A DNA stretch of 36,336 nt from a bacterium. Its GTDB lineage: Bacteria > Desulfobacterota > DSWW01. The stretch lies in the NCBI GenBank assembly GCA_040756235.1, contig JBFLZG010000135.1, forward strand, positions 1 to 36,336, read 5' to 3'. Below the pieces are notes generated by a model. It worked only from the letters and a program-made list of their open reading frames with translations, was not told the DNA's origin and searched no databases. This document shows positions 17,771 through 26,975 of the stretch, one piece after another (the first letter of the stretch is position 1; the number at the start of each line of letters is the position of its first letter). A program made the translations under genes and the position numbers.

Positions 17771-17840
17771 GAGGCTGTCGATAAACGGCCATCTGCGGCG
17801 TTGCGCTCATGCGGCATGGAGGTCCTGGCGGTGGCAGGCA
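17771..17840 (+). repeat. MITE-like repeat, copy 4 (left half only)
   Basis: gaggctgtcgataaacggccatctgcggcgttgcgctc..ggcatggaggtcc matches the copy 3 left end including the start of its insertion. Confidence 0.8.
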
Positions 17841-17872
17841 AATGGAACGCCGGGGCTGCTCTTCCCCCGGAT

Positions 17873-19654
17873 TCAGTCCTGGGCCGTGCCGGCCGCCGGA
17901 CTGTCGACGTCGGCGTACATCTGGCGATCCGTGTAGACCCGGATGACGGATCCGGGGCGGAGGGTCTGATGGAGCTCGATCTGGTTCCAGGTGCAGAGCT
18001 GAGGCAGGGTCACCCCGTATTTGCGCGAAATCCGCCACAGCGTGTCCCCGGGCTGCACCACGTGGCAGATCGGCTGCACGGGGCTGAAAGTCGCCCGGCC
18101 TTGCTGATGTTTCGCCATCCGCACCGGGGGGGCTCCCTCCGTTCCGGCCGCATCGCGACTGACCACGATCGTCTGACCGGGATAGATGCGGCTGGAGCGG
18201 CCGAGCTTGTTCCACACGCACAGGGAAGAGACGGTCACTCCGAATTTCTTGCTGATCTTCCAGAGGGTATCCCCGACTCTGACCCGGTAGCTGCCATCCT
18301 CCCGAGCGCCGCCGGCGGCCGCCTGTACGGCACTCTCGGCCTGTGCCGCGCTTGCCGTGAACCTGTCGGTCTGCGTCGGATCGTTCAAGGCGGCCAGTGA
18401 GACCGGGATCTCCAGGGAGGTCCCCGTACGGATCCGGCGATACTCCGAGATTCCGTTTGTCTTGGCGATCGTCGTGACGGACAACCCGTACCTGCGCGCG
18501 ATGGTACCCAGGGTCTCGCCTCTCTTGACCACATGCCGGCGGAAGGTGACCCTGTCCGACGGTTCCAGCTTGGCGCAGTAGCTGCGGAATCGATCGGCCG
18601 TGCCCTGCGGGACTTTCAGTGCGTACTCGGGGTAACCGGGAGGCGTGTATCCTCGCTTGAGCTGGGGATTGAGGCTCCTGAGCAAGGGGATGTCCCCCCC
18701 GCTGGCCCTGGCTGCCACCGTGAGGTCGATGGGATCCGAAACACCGACCACCTCGTAGAGCAGGGGCTGGTCGTACGTGATCTCGAAGCCGTAGCGCGCC
18801 GGCTCTTTGGCGATCATGAGAGCCGCGAGGAATTTGGGCACATAGTCTTTGGTCTCGTTTCGCAGAGAGCCTCTCTTACCCGCGGAAATGTCCCAGAAGT
18901 TGTTGCTGTCACACTTCGCGATGGCCCTCGCGAGCTTTCCCTCCCCTGCGTTATAGGCCGCGGCCGCGATGTACCAGTCTCCGAACTGGGCATAAAGGTC
19001 TTTGAGGTAGCGCGCCGCGGCGCGGGTCGACTTCTCAAGGTCCCTGCGCTCATCCACCCACCAGTCGATCCTCAAGCCATAACGTCTTCCCGTGCCGGGG
19101 ATGAATTGCCAGATGCCCACGGCACCTGCGTGCGAGTAAGCGTAAGGGTTGTAACCGCTTTCGATCAGGGCCAGGTAGACCAGATCCTCCGGAAGCCCCT
19201 CTTCCCGCAAGATCTCCCGCATCTGCCCGACGTAGCGGCCCGACCTCTGGAGCGCCCGGCCCATCCACTCTCTCTTGGACCCCTGGAAGTAGCCCAAGAA
19301 GAAATTCACCCGCTCGTTGGTCTCGATGGGCACCTGGGGGCAGACGCCCTCTTCCGTCTCAGGTCGCTCGATTTCAGACAGAAAAGTGACATCCTCGGCC
19401 TCCTCGGAGACCTGGGCGTCCTCCGCCTCCTCAGGCGTTGCTTTGACCTCGGAGGGCTCGCCTTCGGACTCGGGTCCCCCCGCTACATCGTTCGACTCCC
19501 CATAGTAGACGTGCGAGGATGGTACCGGAGAGCCGACCCCGTCCGGCCCGGACACGTTCTTCTTCGAGAAAGGGTTGAAGCCGGCGCAACCGGCCAACGA
19601 GAGAAACAGAATCAACGCGAGCCTGCACGTTCGGAGGGTCGCCTCTTTTTTCAT
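17873..19654 (-). CDS. mltD: MltD-like membrane-bound lytic murein transglycosylase (SLT + three LysM)
   Basis: Lipobox LAGC; IESG, GIWQF, AAYNAGEG and ETKDYVPK; three LysM repeats (GETL, GDTL, GDTL). Confidence 0.92.
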   Translation of the reverse strand: MKKEATLRTCRLALILFLSLAGCAGFNPFSKKNVSGPDGVGSPVPSSHVYYGESNDVAGGPESEGEPSEVKATPEEAEDAQVSEEAEDVTFLSEIERPETEEGVCPQVPIETNERVNFFLGYFQGSKREWMGRALQRSGRYVGQMREILREEGLPEDLVYLALIESGYNPYAYSHAGAVGIWQFIPGTGRRYGLRIDWWVDERRDLEKSTRAAARYLKDLYAQFGDWYIAAAAYNAGEGKLARAIAKCDSNNFWDISAGKRGSLRNETKDYVPKFLAALMIAKEPARYGFEITYDQPLLYEVVGVSDPIDLTVAARASGGDIPLLRSLNPQLKRGYTPPGYPEYALKVPQGTADRFRSYCAKLEPSDRVTFRRHVVKRGETLGTIARRYGLSVTTIAKTNGISEYRRIRTGTSLEIPVSLAALNDPTQTDRFTASAAQAESAVQAAAGGAREDGSYRVRVGDTLWKISKKFGVTVSSLCVWNKLGRSSRIYPGQTIVVSRDAAGTEGAPPVRMAKHQQGRATFSPVQPICHVVQPGDTLWRISRKYGVTLPQLCTWNQIELHQTLRPGSVIRVYTDRQMYADVDSPAAGTAQD

Positions 19655-19815
19655 GTCACCTCGCGCGTGTTCGGTTGGGCTTGCGCAACACCGTTAGTCG
19701 TCTTTTAGACCCTTTTTTCTCTGTAGCGCATCGGACAGGACTCGGGCCCGCACGTCGGCATCGGGTGAGGGCTCCAGGCTGCACTTCTCATGCCACCGAA
19801 GGAATGGGCTGCCTT

Positions 19816-19844
19816 TATATACTGAACCATCTCTCCGAATGCAA
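19816..19844 (-). promoter_or_regulatory. Candidate sigma70 promoter of mltD
   Basis: TTGCAT, 17 bp spacer, TATATA (imperfect -10). Confidence 0.45.
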
Positions 19845-20044
19845 GCCCTTTTTCACGCGCCATCCGGCGCGGTCTCGGCGTCGTAAAAAATGTATCGCCA
19901 CAAGGCGCGAGGATCTTGAAACTTTTATTGAAAATGAGAATTTTATGAGCGAGATTCGTCCGGGCTCGTGGTGGACCCGGGAGTCTCCCTGGAACCGCGC
20001 TCTCAAGACGGGCGCTCGGGCCGCGACTCGATGCGGCAGGGAAG

Positions 20045-21871
20045 ATGAACAAGAAAGTAACGGTGCTGATCAAGAATGTGCGCGTAAGCCCCGAAGCAGT
20101 CCCGAACGACGGGCGGGGGAGGGTCACGGTGTCCGCGGTGGTGTTCACGACCGCTGACGGAGCCGCGATCGAAAGCGTGGTCGTCGACCTGTCCTGCTGG
20201 AAGCCGGAGCTTCGCTCTCCAATGGCCTTTCAGCGCAACGAGGGAATCGAGGCGACCCAAGAGGGGATCTACTCCTGCGCGTTCGAAGTACCCCTGCTCG
20301 CCGATCCGGGGGCCACGGACCTCACGATCGTCGCCACCGACTCGCTCGGATCCACCGGGACGGCTCAAGCCCGCGTGCTCGTGATTTACCGGAGGCCGGC
20401 CTACCTCGGCGGGATTCTCCGGCCCGCCCACCAGCAGATCCTGGACCGGCAGGGCCGCGCGACCCTCCTGGGCGGAAATCGGGTGGAAGCCCTGGATGGC
20501 GGAAACAAGGCCTTCGAGCGGCGCATGGCCTTGATTCGACAGGCGCGCCGCCAGATCAACCTGCAGACTTACAGCCTGGCCGCAGAGGGGCGCTGCGGCC
20601 GACTCATGGAGGCGATTCTGGAAAAGGCGGCCCAGGGCGTGGAAGTCAACCTCCTGCTGAACCTGGGGTCCCAGCTTGCGATCTCTCCGCTGACGCCGCT
20701 CCGGATCGGATTGGAAAAAGTGGGGCGAGAGCTCCAGGGTCTTCTGCGGGAGGTGGACCAGGCATTCGAAGCCCGTCGTGGTTTCTGGAATATGCTCAAG
20801 AGCATGCAGGAGATCTTCCAGCGCCCGGGCAACCCTTCCCGGGGGCTGCGGGTCGTCCTGGTGGACGATCAGGCCATTCTGGGGCCGGACAAGAAGGGCG
20901 CGGACAGGGGAGCCAGATCCCAAAAGTGGCTGAAGAAGATGGCGAGCGACCGCAAGGAGCTGGACCGGGTCGGTTCGAGAAGCCCTTCCGAATGGCTCCT
21001 CAACTTGATCGGACCGGATACCCTGGCCGTGTTGCCTCTGGTCAGCTATGCGGTCCACGAGAAGATCCTGGTCGTGGACGGCAGGCAGGCCATCGTGGGA
21101 GGGAGGAACCTGGAAGACCGGTATTTCACCCACTGGGTGGACAAGGATCTCCACCTGGAGGGTCCGATCGTGCGCGATGTCCAGTTGGGATTTCTCAGGA
21201 GCTGGGAGGCCTTCTGCCGCAACGGCAAACGGGACGGATCGGCCCTGCGCTGTCTCGAGGAGAGCGAGCCGGCCGGCCGGATCGAGGCCCGCTTCACCCA
21301 ATCGAGACCGTGGATGGGCGAGTATCACGTGCTCGAGAAGGTGGTGACGGCCATTCAGATGGCGCGGAAACGGATCTGCATCACCTCCCAGTATCTTGCG
21401 CTACCGGAGAGCCTCCTGCGGAATGCCCTGATCGAAGCCGCCTCCAGAGGGGTCGAGGTGCACATTCTCACGAACTCGCACACAACAGGCCAGGAGATCG
21501 GCTTCGGCACGGGGTATCTGGTCTCCTTGAACCACTGCGCCCCGCTCCTCGATGCGGGGGTGCGGATCTACGAGATGAAAGGCTTCCGAGAGGACGGCAT
21601 GCCGAATCCGTACCTCCACTCCAAGGAGTTCCTGGTGGACGGAGAATGGGCCTCCATAGGCTCCTTCAACCTTTCTCTTCGGAGCTGCTACATCGAGGCC
21701 GAGAACCTGGTGGACGTACAGGATCCGGCCTTCGTGCGCGAGCAGGAGACGGCCTTCTGGGAGCGGGTGCGCAAGGATGCGCAAGAGATGACCAGCGATT
21801 ACCTGAAGGAGCAGAAAGCGCGGTTCGGAGGCCGACTCGCCCTGGCCCGCTATCTGGAGCTCTTTCACTGA
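20045..21871 (+). CDS. Phospholipase D / cardiolipin synthase-like protein with an N-terminal Ig-like domain
   Basis: Two HKD motifs (HEKILVVD..GGRN; HSKEFLVD..GSFN), I..AR.QINLQTY and RGVEVHIL. The first ~113 aa are beta-rich with no TM helix or signal peptide. Confidence 0.9.
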   Translation: MNKKVTVLIKNVRVSPEAVPNDGRGRVTVSAVVFTTADGAAIESVVVDLSCWKPELRSPMAFQRNEGIEATQEGIYSCAFEVPLLADPGATDLTIVATDSLGSTGTAQARVLVIYRRPAYLGGILRPAHQQILDRQGRATLLGGNRVEALDGGNKAFERRMALIRQARRQINLQTYSLAAEGRCGRLMEAILEKAAQGVEVNLLLNLGSQLAISPLTPLRIGLEKVGRELQGLLREVDQAFEARRGFWNMLKSMQEIFQRPGNPSRGLRVVLVDDQAILGPDKKGADRGARSQKWLKKMASDRKELDRVGSRSPSEWLLNLIGPDTLAVLPLVSYAVHEKILVVDGRQAIVGGRNLEDRYFTHWVDKDLHLEGPIVRDVQLGFLRSWEAFCRNGKRDGSALRCLEESEPAGRIEARFTQSRPWMGEYHVLEKVVTAIQMARKRICITSQYLALPESLLRNALIEAASRGVEVHILTNSHTTGQEIGFGTGYLVSLNHCAPLLDAGVRIYEMKGFREDGMPNPYLHSKEFLVDGEWASIGSFNLSLRSCYIEAENLVDVQDPAFVREQETAFWERVRKDAQEMTSDYLKEQKARFGGRLALARYLELFH

Positions 21872-22857
21872 ACGGCCTCGAAGGGCAGCCTGAGAAACAG
21901 GCAGTGCCGCACCTGTCCCTGGGTCAGGCAGACACGGTCTTTCAGGATCTCGGCGACCGTATAGTCCAGGATGCGGTCGCCGGGCGAGACGATTTCGCCC
22001 GAGACCAGCGCCTTCGGCCGATTCGAGTGCAGCAGGACGGCCTGGAGCTCGAGCCCGCCGGGTCCTGTCGATTCCGGCAAGAGCCCTGCCGCGAAAGGGT
22101 CCGCCGGAAGGAAGGGGTTGCGCGCGGGCGCTTCTTCCGCCACGTCCGGCGTCCGTGCTTCACGGGCGGGGGGCGCTGCCGCAAGCTGCTGCAGCGCGGG
22201 AGCGGCCGAGATCGGGCCGGGCTTGCCCGGGGCGATCTCGAGCTGCGAGCTGGAGCGGACGAGGCCCGTCCGTTGCTCCGAGGCCGCGATCTCCACCCTG
22301 CGGACCGACGCTTGCGCGCCGAGTCCCTCGATCCTGCCCAGATGGCCCAGGAGTCCGGGAAACGTGCCTTCGCCCGTAAGCTTCACGGCAGCGGCGCCGG
22401 CCCGCAAGGCCGGGCCCGCAACCTCTTCGATCCCGGTGACTTCCCACCTGGACGACAGGGGAGGCTCGGTGATGCTCTTGAAAAGGGTCGCGGGCGAAGC
22501 GCCGAAGGGGAGGCCTGCAGGTTTCAGCGAGGCCAGCTTCTGCTCGGCCGCCTGGACCTCGCCCTTCAGCGAGGCCACTTCTTTTCTCAGGCCCTCGGAT
22601 CTCGCCTTCGTCCTGTGTGCGTCCGTCAGCTGCGCAAGCTGCTCTTCCAGTTGTGCCTTGCGCCCTTCCAGCCCTTCCAGCCGGCGCCTCTGCGGCTCGG
22701 TGACCCAGCCGTGAATGCCGTAGAGGCAGATGAACAGCGTAACAGCGAGCAGCAGGAGCTCGCGATGCTCGAAGAGCGGCCGCACCACCTCGTGGCGCGC
22801 CCTTTCCCAGGAAAGCGGTCCGACCGGCAGCTTGAGGGCCGGGGCTCTGATTCTCAT
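21865..22857 (-). CDS. PilO/MshJ-like protein with a C-terminal MshK/PilP-like domain
   Basis: TM segment, coiled coil and a ferredoxin-like region (GEGTF.GLL.HL.RIE), then RNPF..DPF..LELQAVL..ALVSG..GD.I..YTVAEI..DRV. Confidence 0.7.
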   Translation of the reverse strand: MRIRAPALKLPVGPLSWERARHEVVRPLFEHRELLLLAVTLFICLYGIHGWVTEPQRRRLEGLEGRKAQLEEQLAQLTDAHRTKARSEGLRKEVASLKGEVQAAEQKLASLKPAGLPFGASPATLFKSITEPPLSSRWEVTGIEEVAGPALRAGAAAVKLTGEGTFPGLLGHLGRIEGLGAQASVRRVEIAASEQRTGLVRSSSQLEIAPGKPGPISAAPALQQLAAAPPAREARTPDVAEEAPARNPFLPADPFAAGLLPESTGPGGLELQAVLLHSNRPKALVSGEIVSPGDRILDYTVAEILKDRVCLTQGQVRHCLFLRLPFEAVQ

Positions 22858-23471
22858 GGCGCCGCCGATCTCCGCACCAGGGCTGGGGTCAGGGCGAGCT
22901 CGAACCTGTGCAGCCCGGCCGGGGGCCCCTGGTCCGTCCCTTCCTTTTCGCTGCGAGTCAGCGCGACCGTGGCCCAGGCCGGGTCCTGCTCGAGCCGGGA
23001 CAGAAAGTCCAGGAGGTCTTGCTGCGAGAAGGTCCTTCCCGAGAGACGCACCGTGCAGCGCCCACCGGCAGCCGCACCGTCACTTCCGCTTTCCATGGCG
23101 AAGCGCTCCAGCCAGGTGCGCGGCGGGAGCTGGCGGGCGAGGTCGACCAGAAGGGAAGACCAGCGCGGGGCTTCGCCGAGCGCCGGGCCGTCCCGCAGCC
23201 TGCCGGCGATGTCGGCCTTGCGCCCGAGCAGGTCCTGCCTCTCCTTTTCCAGCGCCTGAAGCCCGGCCCGCATTTTTTTTGCCAGATCCACACGGTCTTC
23301 CAGGGACCGGCAGTCCGTTCGGATCCGGCCGACCTGGTGCTTCAGAACGCTCACATGCCCGGCGACCAGGAGCATGGTCGTCGTGGCCAGCAGGATGATG
23401 CCCTGGCGCAGCTTCTGCTTGATGCGCAACGGCGCCTGCAGAGAATCCAGGAAGTTCACATGGTCTTTCAT
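22854..23471 (-). CDS. pilN: PilN-like alignment protein
   Basis: N-terminal VNFL motif, TM segment, coiled coil and WS.LL..L...LP..TWL..LSG. Confidence 0.82.
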   Translation of the reverse strand: MKDHVNFLDSLQAPLRIKQKLRQGIILLATTTMLLVAGHVSVLKHQVGRIRTDCRSLEDRVDLAKKMRAGLQALEKERQDLLGRKADIAGRLRDGPALGEAPRWSSLLVDLARQLPPRTWLERFAMESGSDGAAAGGRCTVRLSGRTFSQQDLLDFLSRLEQDPAWATVALTRSEKEGTDQGPPAGLHRFELALTPALVRRSAAP

Positions 23472-23479
23472 CTCACATC

Positions 23480-24547
23480 TCAGACCTTCCGCAGGGCAAG
23501 ACCGAGGGCGGCCGCCAGCCCCGCCGAGGATCGGACGGGTCCTCGGGCCTCGAAATCGCCGGAGATAGACAGACCCAGGGCCGCAAGCTCAGGCAGGAGC
23601 CGGCAAGGCAGGCCGAGCTGCTTCTCCAGCAGTGCGACCAGGCCGGGCAGCTCCGATCCGGCGCCCGCCAGCAGAATACTGCCCAACGGCGGGGCCGGGT
23701 TCAGATGGTCCTGTACGTACCCGAGGGAATAGCGGATCTCCATCAGGAGCTCTTCGATTTGCGGCCACAGGACCTGGGCTACCGATCGGGCCGCTTCCGG
23801 GCGATCCGCCTTGTCATCCGCCTTCCCCTCGATGCCGTAGCGGTGCTTCATGTCCTCGGCTGCGTCCGCCTCGATGCCGAACGCCTCTTGCAGGCTGGCC
23901 GTCAGCTGCTGTCCGGCAAATGGAAGGTGACGGATGAAAAGAGGCCGCCCCTTGTGCGCGAGGATCCACTCCGTCTGAGAGGCGCCGCAGTCGAGCACGA
24001 TGCAGGCCTGATCCGAGCTCAGCTCCGGAAGCCGGCTGCAGAGGTGGAGGAGGGCCGTGGCCAGGGGCTCGACGCTTTCGAGCCGGAGCCCCGTTTCCCG
24101 CAGGAGCCCGAGATGCGCTTCGAGCGCGGACTTCTTGACCGCGAAGGCCATGAGGTCTTGCTGGCCTCTCCCTTCCTCGGCCGAATCCCCCAGACCGACG
24201 TAGTCCACGATCACCTCGCTCGCGTCCTCCCCGAGCTCTTTCCTGATCTTCCACTTGAGCGCTTCCCGCAGCTCCGCCTCGGGCATCCTGGGCAGCGACA
24301 GGCGGCGTATCGTCATCCCGGGATCGCGCAGCGCGGATCGAGCTCTGCCGGCGCTCAGCCCGCAGTCGCGGACAACGGACTTCAGCACCTCGGCCGAAGA
24401 CGTTCCCGGTTCCTCCCTGGACCCTCGCCAGGGGAGATAGGCGCTCTTCTCGAGGACGACGCGGTCCCCGGAACCGGTGCGGACCTGGACGACCTTGATC
24501 GCATGGGCGCCCATTTCGATTCCCAGTATTCTTCTTCTGACGAACAC
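23480..24547 (-). CDS. pilM: PilM-like actin-fold pilus assembly protein
   Basis: LGIEMG..AIKVV, VDY, VLDCGAS.T, LLAGAGS.LPGL and AALGLALR. Confidence 0.9.
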   Translation of the reverse strand: MFVRRRILGIEMGAHAIKVVQVRTGSGDRVVLEKSAYLPWRGSREEPGTSSAEVLKSVVRDCGLSAGRARSALRDPGMTIRRLSLPRMPEAELREALKWKIRKELGEDASEVIVDYVGLGDSAEEGRGQQDLMAFAVKKSALEAHLGLLRETGLRLESVEPLATALLHLCSRLPELSSDQACIVLDCGASQTEWILAHKGRPLFIRHLPFAGQQLTASLQEAFGIEADAAEDMKHRYGIEGKADDKADRPEAARSVAQVLWPQIEELLMEIRYSLGYVQDHLNPAPPLGSILLAGAGSELPGLVALLEKQLGLPCRLLPELAALGLSISGDFEARGPVRSSAGLAAALGLALRKV

Positions 24548-24705
24548 GGTTACCCTCGTCCGGCCTCTCCGAACGCTTCACGGACGGTCCTCGCGGTAAA
24601 CGGCCGTCCGCGGATCATGGCGGCCTGCAAACCGACCGCTGGAGACGGAAGGAGCAGTGCGGGCGCGCGTCTCCCGTCGAGACAAGCTGTCCCGCCGCCG
24701 GCCGA

Positions 24706-25137
24706 TCACTCCATCCTTCGGATGTTTTTCGTGATTCCTTGAAATCTCCCGTTGGCCATGAGCGCGGCATGACCCCCTTCTTGCGTCTGCTGGACCCAGA
24801 GATCCCCTCCTCCAAGCGGTCTCGTCGTGGCCCCGTCGGGAGACCCGATCTGGCCGATGATCCCATCGCCGTCCAGGTCCTGAGCTTGCGAGCGCTCCAG
24901 CAGGGCCCAGGCCAAGCCGGAACGGGCCAGACAGAGGCTCTGGAGAGCCCTGGCCTGCACGGCGGCGCCGGAAGCCAGGGTCGTGGTCTCGTGCAACAGG
25001 ACCGAGCCGAAGAGCGCAACGAGGACGAAAATGAAGAGGACGGCCAAGAGCAGGACGGCTCCGCCGGAACCAAGCCGGGAACGCCGGCGCAGGAGACGGA
25101 GAGCATGTATGGCGGAACCCCCCTGCTGCGCGCTCAT
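24706..25137 (-). CDS. PilX/MshP-like minor pilin
   Basis: G|AVLLL hydrophobic helix lacking E5, followed by A..LARSGL.WA; last gene of the minor-pilin run. Confidence 0.7.
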   Translation of the reverse strand: MSAQQGGSAIHALRLLRRRSRLGSGGAVLLLAVLFIFVLVALFGSVLLHETTTLASGAAVQARALQSLCLARSGLAWALLERSQAQDLDGDGIIGQIGSPDGATTRPLGGGDLWVQQTQEGGHAALMANGRFQGITKNIRRME

Positions 25138-25853
25138 CCCGTAGAACCCTCAGGCGTGGGGAGCACGAGCGAGTGCGCCCCGCCCGCTTCCGTTCCTTCC
25201 CGCGACAGGGCGAGCTCGATGTGGAGCAGGGGCTTGCCGGCCTCCACGGACGCCTGAAATCGGGACACGCAATCCACGAGAGGGAAATCGGTGTCGGTCG
25301 CTCCGGACGTGGCTCGGAACAAGACGTCTTCCCGGACGTGAAAATAGACCCGCTCGGTGCTGATCCAGCAGCGATCGCCCGGTTCCAGGTCCGGCTCGTT
25401 CTCAAAGCCGTCCACGTAGTAGATCTGCCTCGTTTCGGGTACCACGTGGTCCACGGTCGTCGGGAGGATCTCGGAGGATCCCGTCCGGCAGACCCAGAGG
25501 GAAGCGCCCGGCGGGATGTCCGCAGGGTCCAGGAAGGCGATCGTCATCCAGTCGTTGAAGGAATCGGCGGTCTCGACCACCCCTTCCGCCAGGACGCGCT
25601 GGAAATTGAAGCCGGTCCCATCGGCCTCCGTCTGGACCGATGCCGGTACGGAGCGGAACAGCTCGCGCCGGATCCTCTCCATGGCGACCCATTGTTTCTG
25701 GGAGAGCTCGGCGATGGCGTGCGAAGACCGATAGATCTCCACAAATCCCGAAGTGCTCTGGGCGAACACGGCTGCCAGGAGGCCGGCGAGCGCCAGGGAG
25801 AGGCAGACCTCCAGCAGCGTCAGTCCGCGGGCCCCTCCCGTTGCCGGCCTCAC
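25134..25853 (-). CDS. PilW/MshO-like minor pilin
   Basis: RG|LTLLE prepilin motif and AMERIRREL..VP.SV. GTG 25853 follows GAGGAG (alternative ATG 25892). Confidence 0.8.
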   Translation of the reverse strand: MRPATGGARGLTLLEVCLSLALAGLLAAVFAQSTSGFVEIYRSSHAIAELSQKQWVAMERIRRELFRSVPASVQTEADGTGFNFQRVLAEGVVETADSFNDWMTIAFLDPADIPPGASLWVCRTGSSEILPTTVDHVVPETRQIYYVDGFENEPDLEPGDRCWISTERVYFHVREDVLFRATSGATDTDFPLVDCVSRFQASVEAGKPLLHIELALSREGTEAGGAHSLVLPTPEGSTG

Positions 25854-25875
25854 GGCACACTCCTCCTCCGAGCCT

Positions 25876-26304
25876 TCATGTCCCCGGTGCATGCACGCGC
25901 AGCAGCACCCATTGATACGGCTCCGCCTGCTCGCCTTCCGCCGGAAAGATCGCGACCGTGATCCTGCGGTAGTCGGTCTCCGCGGTGGTCGCACGGAAAT
26001 CGGTGCCGGTCCATTCCACGTCCTCGATCGTCCTGACGCGGCGCAGGGGCCCGAGCGTCTCTTCCTGGGGCGGACCTGTCAGGGCTCCCAGCTCGGCCCA
26101 GCTCAGTGTCTGGAGCGACTCCAGGTCGTTCCCTGCGAGCCGGGTGGCGTCCAGGAGCCGGCGTGCCTCCAGGGTGTCGTGCACGTTGTTCCAGAAGAGC
26201 GCGCAGGCACCGGTGAGCAAGGCAGAGGACAGGACGAGGGTCAGCACGATCTCCAGGAGGCTTTGCCCCTTGCAGTCCCCGCAGGTGGAGCGGGCTCGCG
26301 TCAT
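25876..26304 (-). CDS. PilV/MshD-like minor pilin
   Basis: KG|QSLLE prepilin motif, hydrophobic helix, A..LA...LE and RRITV. Confidence 0.78.
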   Translation of the reverse strand: MTRARSTCGDCKGQSLLEIVLTLVLSSALLTGACALFWNNVHDTLEARRLLDATRLAGNDLESLQTLSWAELGALTGPPQEETLGPLRRVRTIEDVEWTGTDFRATTAETDYRRITVAIFPAEGEQAEPYQWVLLRVHAPGT

Positions 26305-26846
26305 GGCTCGACCTCCACGAAGCCGGTCTGCGGATGGATCAGGACCCTGTCCTGGTGGGTGCCCTTCTCGAGCGTGATCCTCCGGTCGGCCTGAAAGGTC
26401 GTGGGGGAGCCCGCTCCATGGGCCGGCTCGCCGAGGCCCGGCAGAAACCAGAGTCGGTCGTCCTCCAGGTCCGTGGTGATCCTGTCCACGTCCGCGGACA
26501 GATCCCAGGGGGGGTCGTCGGAGCCGTAACCGGTGCCCGCGGGCTGGCCGGTCAGCAGATCAGGCAGTGGATTTCCGGCCGCATCCTGAATGAAGAATTG
26601 CGTGTTGTCCTGGCCGGTGAACCCGAGAGAAACCGCTGTCTCGCTCTGCATGGCCTGGATCTGGCCATGGCGGATGGACACGCACAGCGCATTGGCCGCA
26701 CGTCTGCAACGGACCGCGTCGAGGTCGAGCATGCGGGGAGCCGCCATCACGGCAAGGAGGCCGACGAGGGAGACCGCCAAGGCGAGCTCGATCAGGGTCA
26801 TGGCCCGCTCTGCCTGTCCCGCTCCGGCTCCGGACATTTCGCTCAT
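26301..26846 (-). CDS. FimT/MshC-like minor pilin
   Basis: RA|MTLIE motif, P22, IRHGQ..AM, F..LGEP and IHPQTGFV. The start is 26846 or 26837. Confidence 0.8.
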   Translation of the reverse strand: MSEMSGAGAGQAERAMTLIELALAVSLVGLLAVMAAPRMLDLDAVRCRRAANALCVSIRHGQIQAMQSETAVSLGFTGQDNTQFFIQDAAGNPLPDLLTGQPAGTGYGSDDPPWDLSADVDRITTDLEDDRLWFLPGLGEPAHGAGSPTTFQADRRITLEKGTHQDRVLIHPQTGFVEVEP

Positions 26847-26975
26847 CCTACCGGCAGATAGCTGGGCTGACCATGGGGCCTCGATGCAAGGATCGGACAT
26901 CATGGAGACAAGGTCTCGGCCCGGAGGACCTCTCACTTCTCGCGTGACGCGAGATTCTTCACCTTCACGTTCGTC

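Noticed and set aside
17751..18221. N-terminal extension of the thioesterase ORF
   Set aside because: It consists of an alternative frame of mltD plus translated repeat sequence (MSATPQMAVYRQPL, similar to other repeat copies).
19655..19815. Possible tRNA or riboswitch in the mltD leader
   Set aside because: No cloverleaf or TTCRA loop and no riboswitch consensus was recognised by eye. An Rfam scan would settle it.
20045..21871. PLD as an anti-phage nuclease or defence system
   Set aside because: The two HKD motifs sit in cardiolipin-synthase-like contexts, there are no helicase, methylase or other defence neighbours, and the composition matches the core genome.
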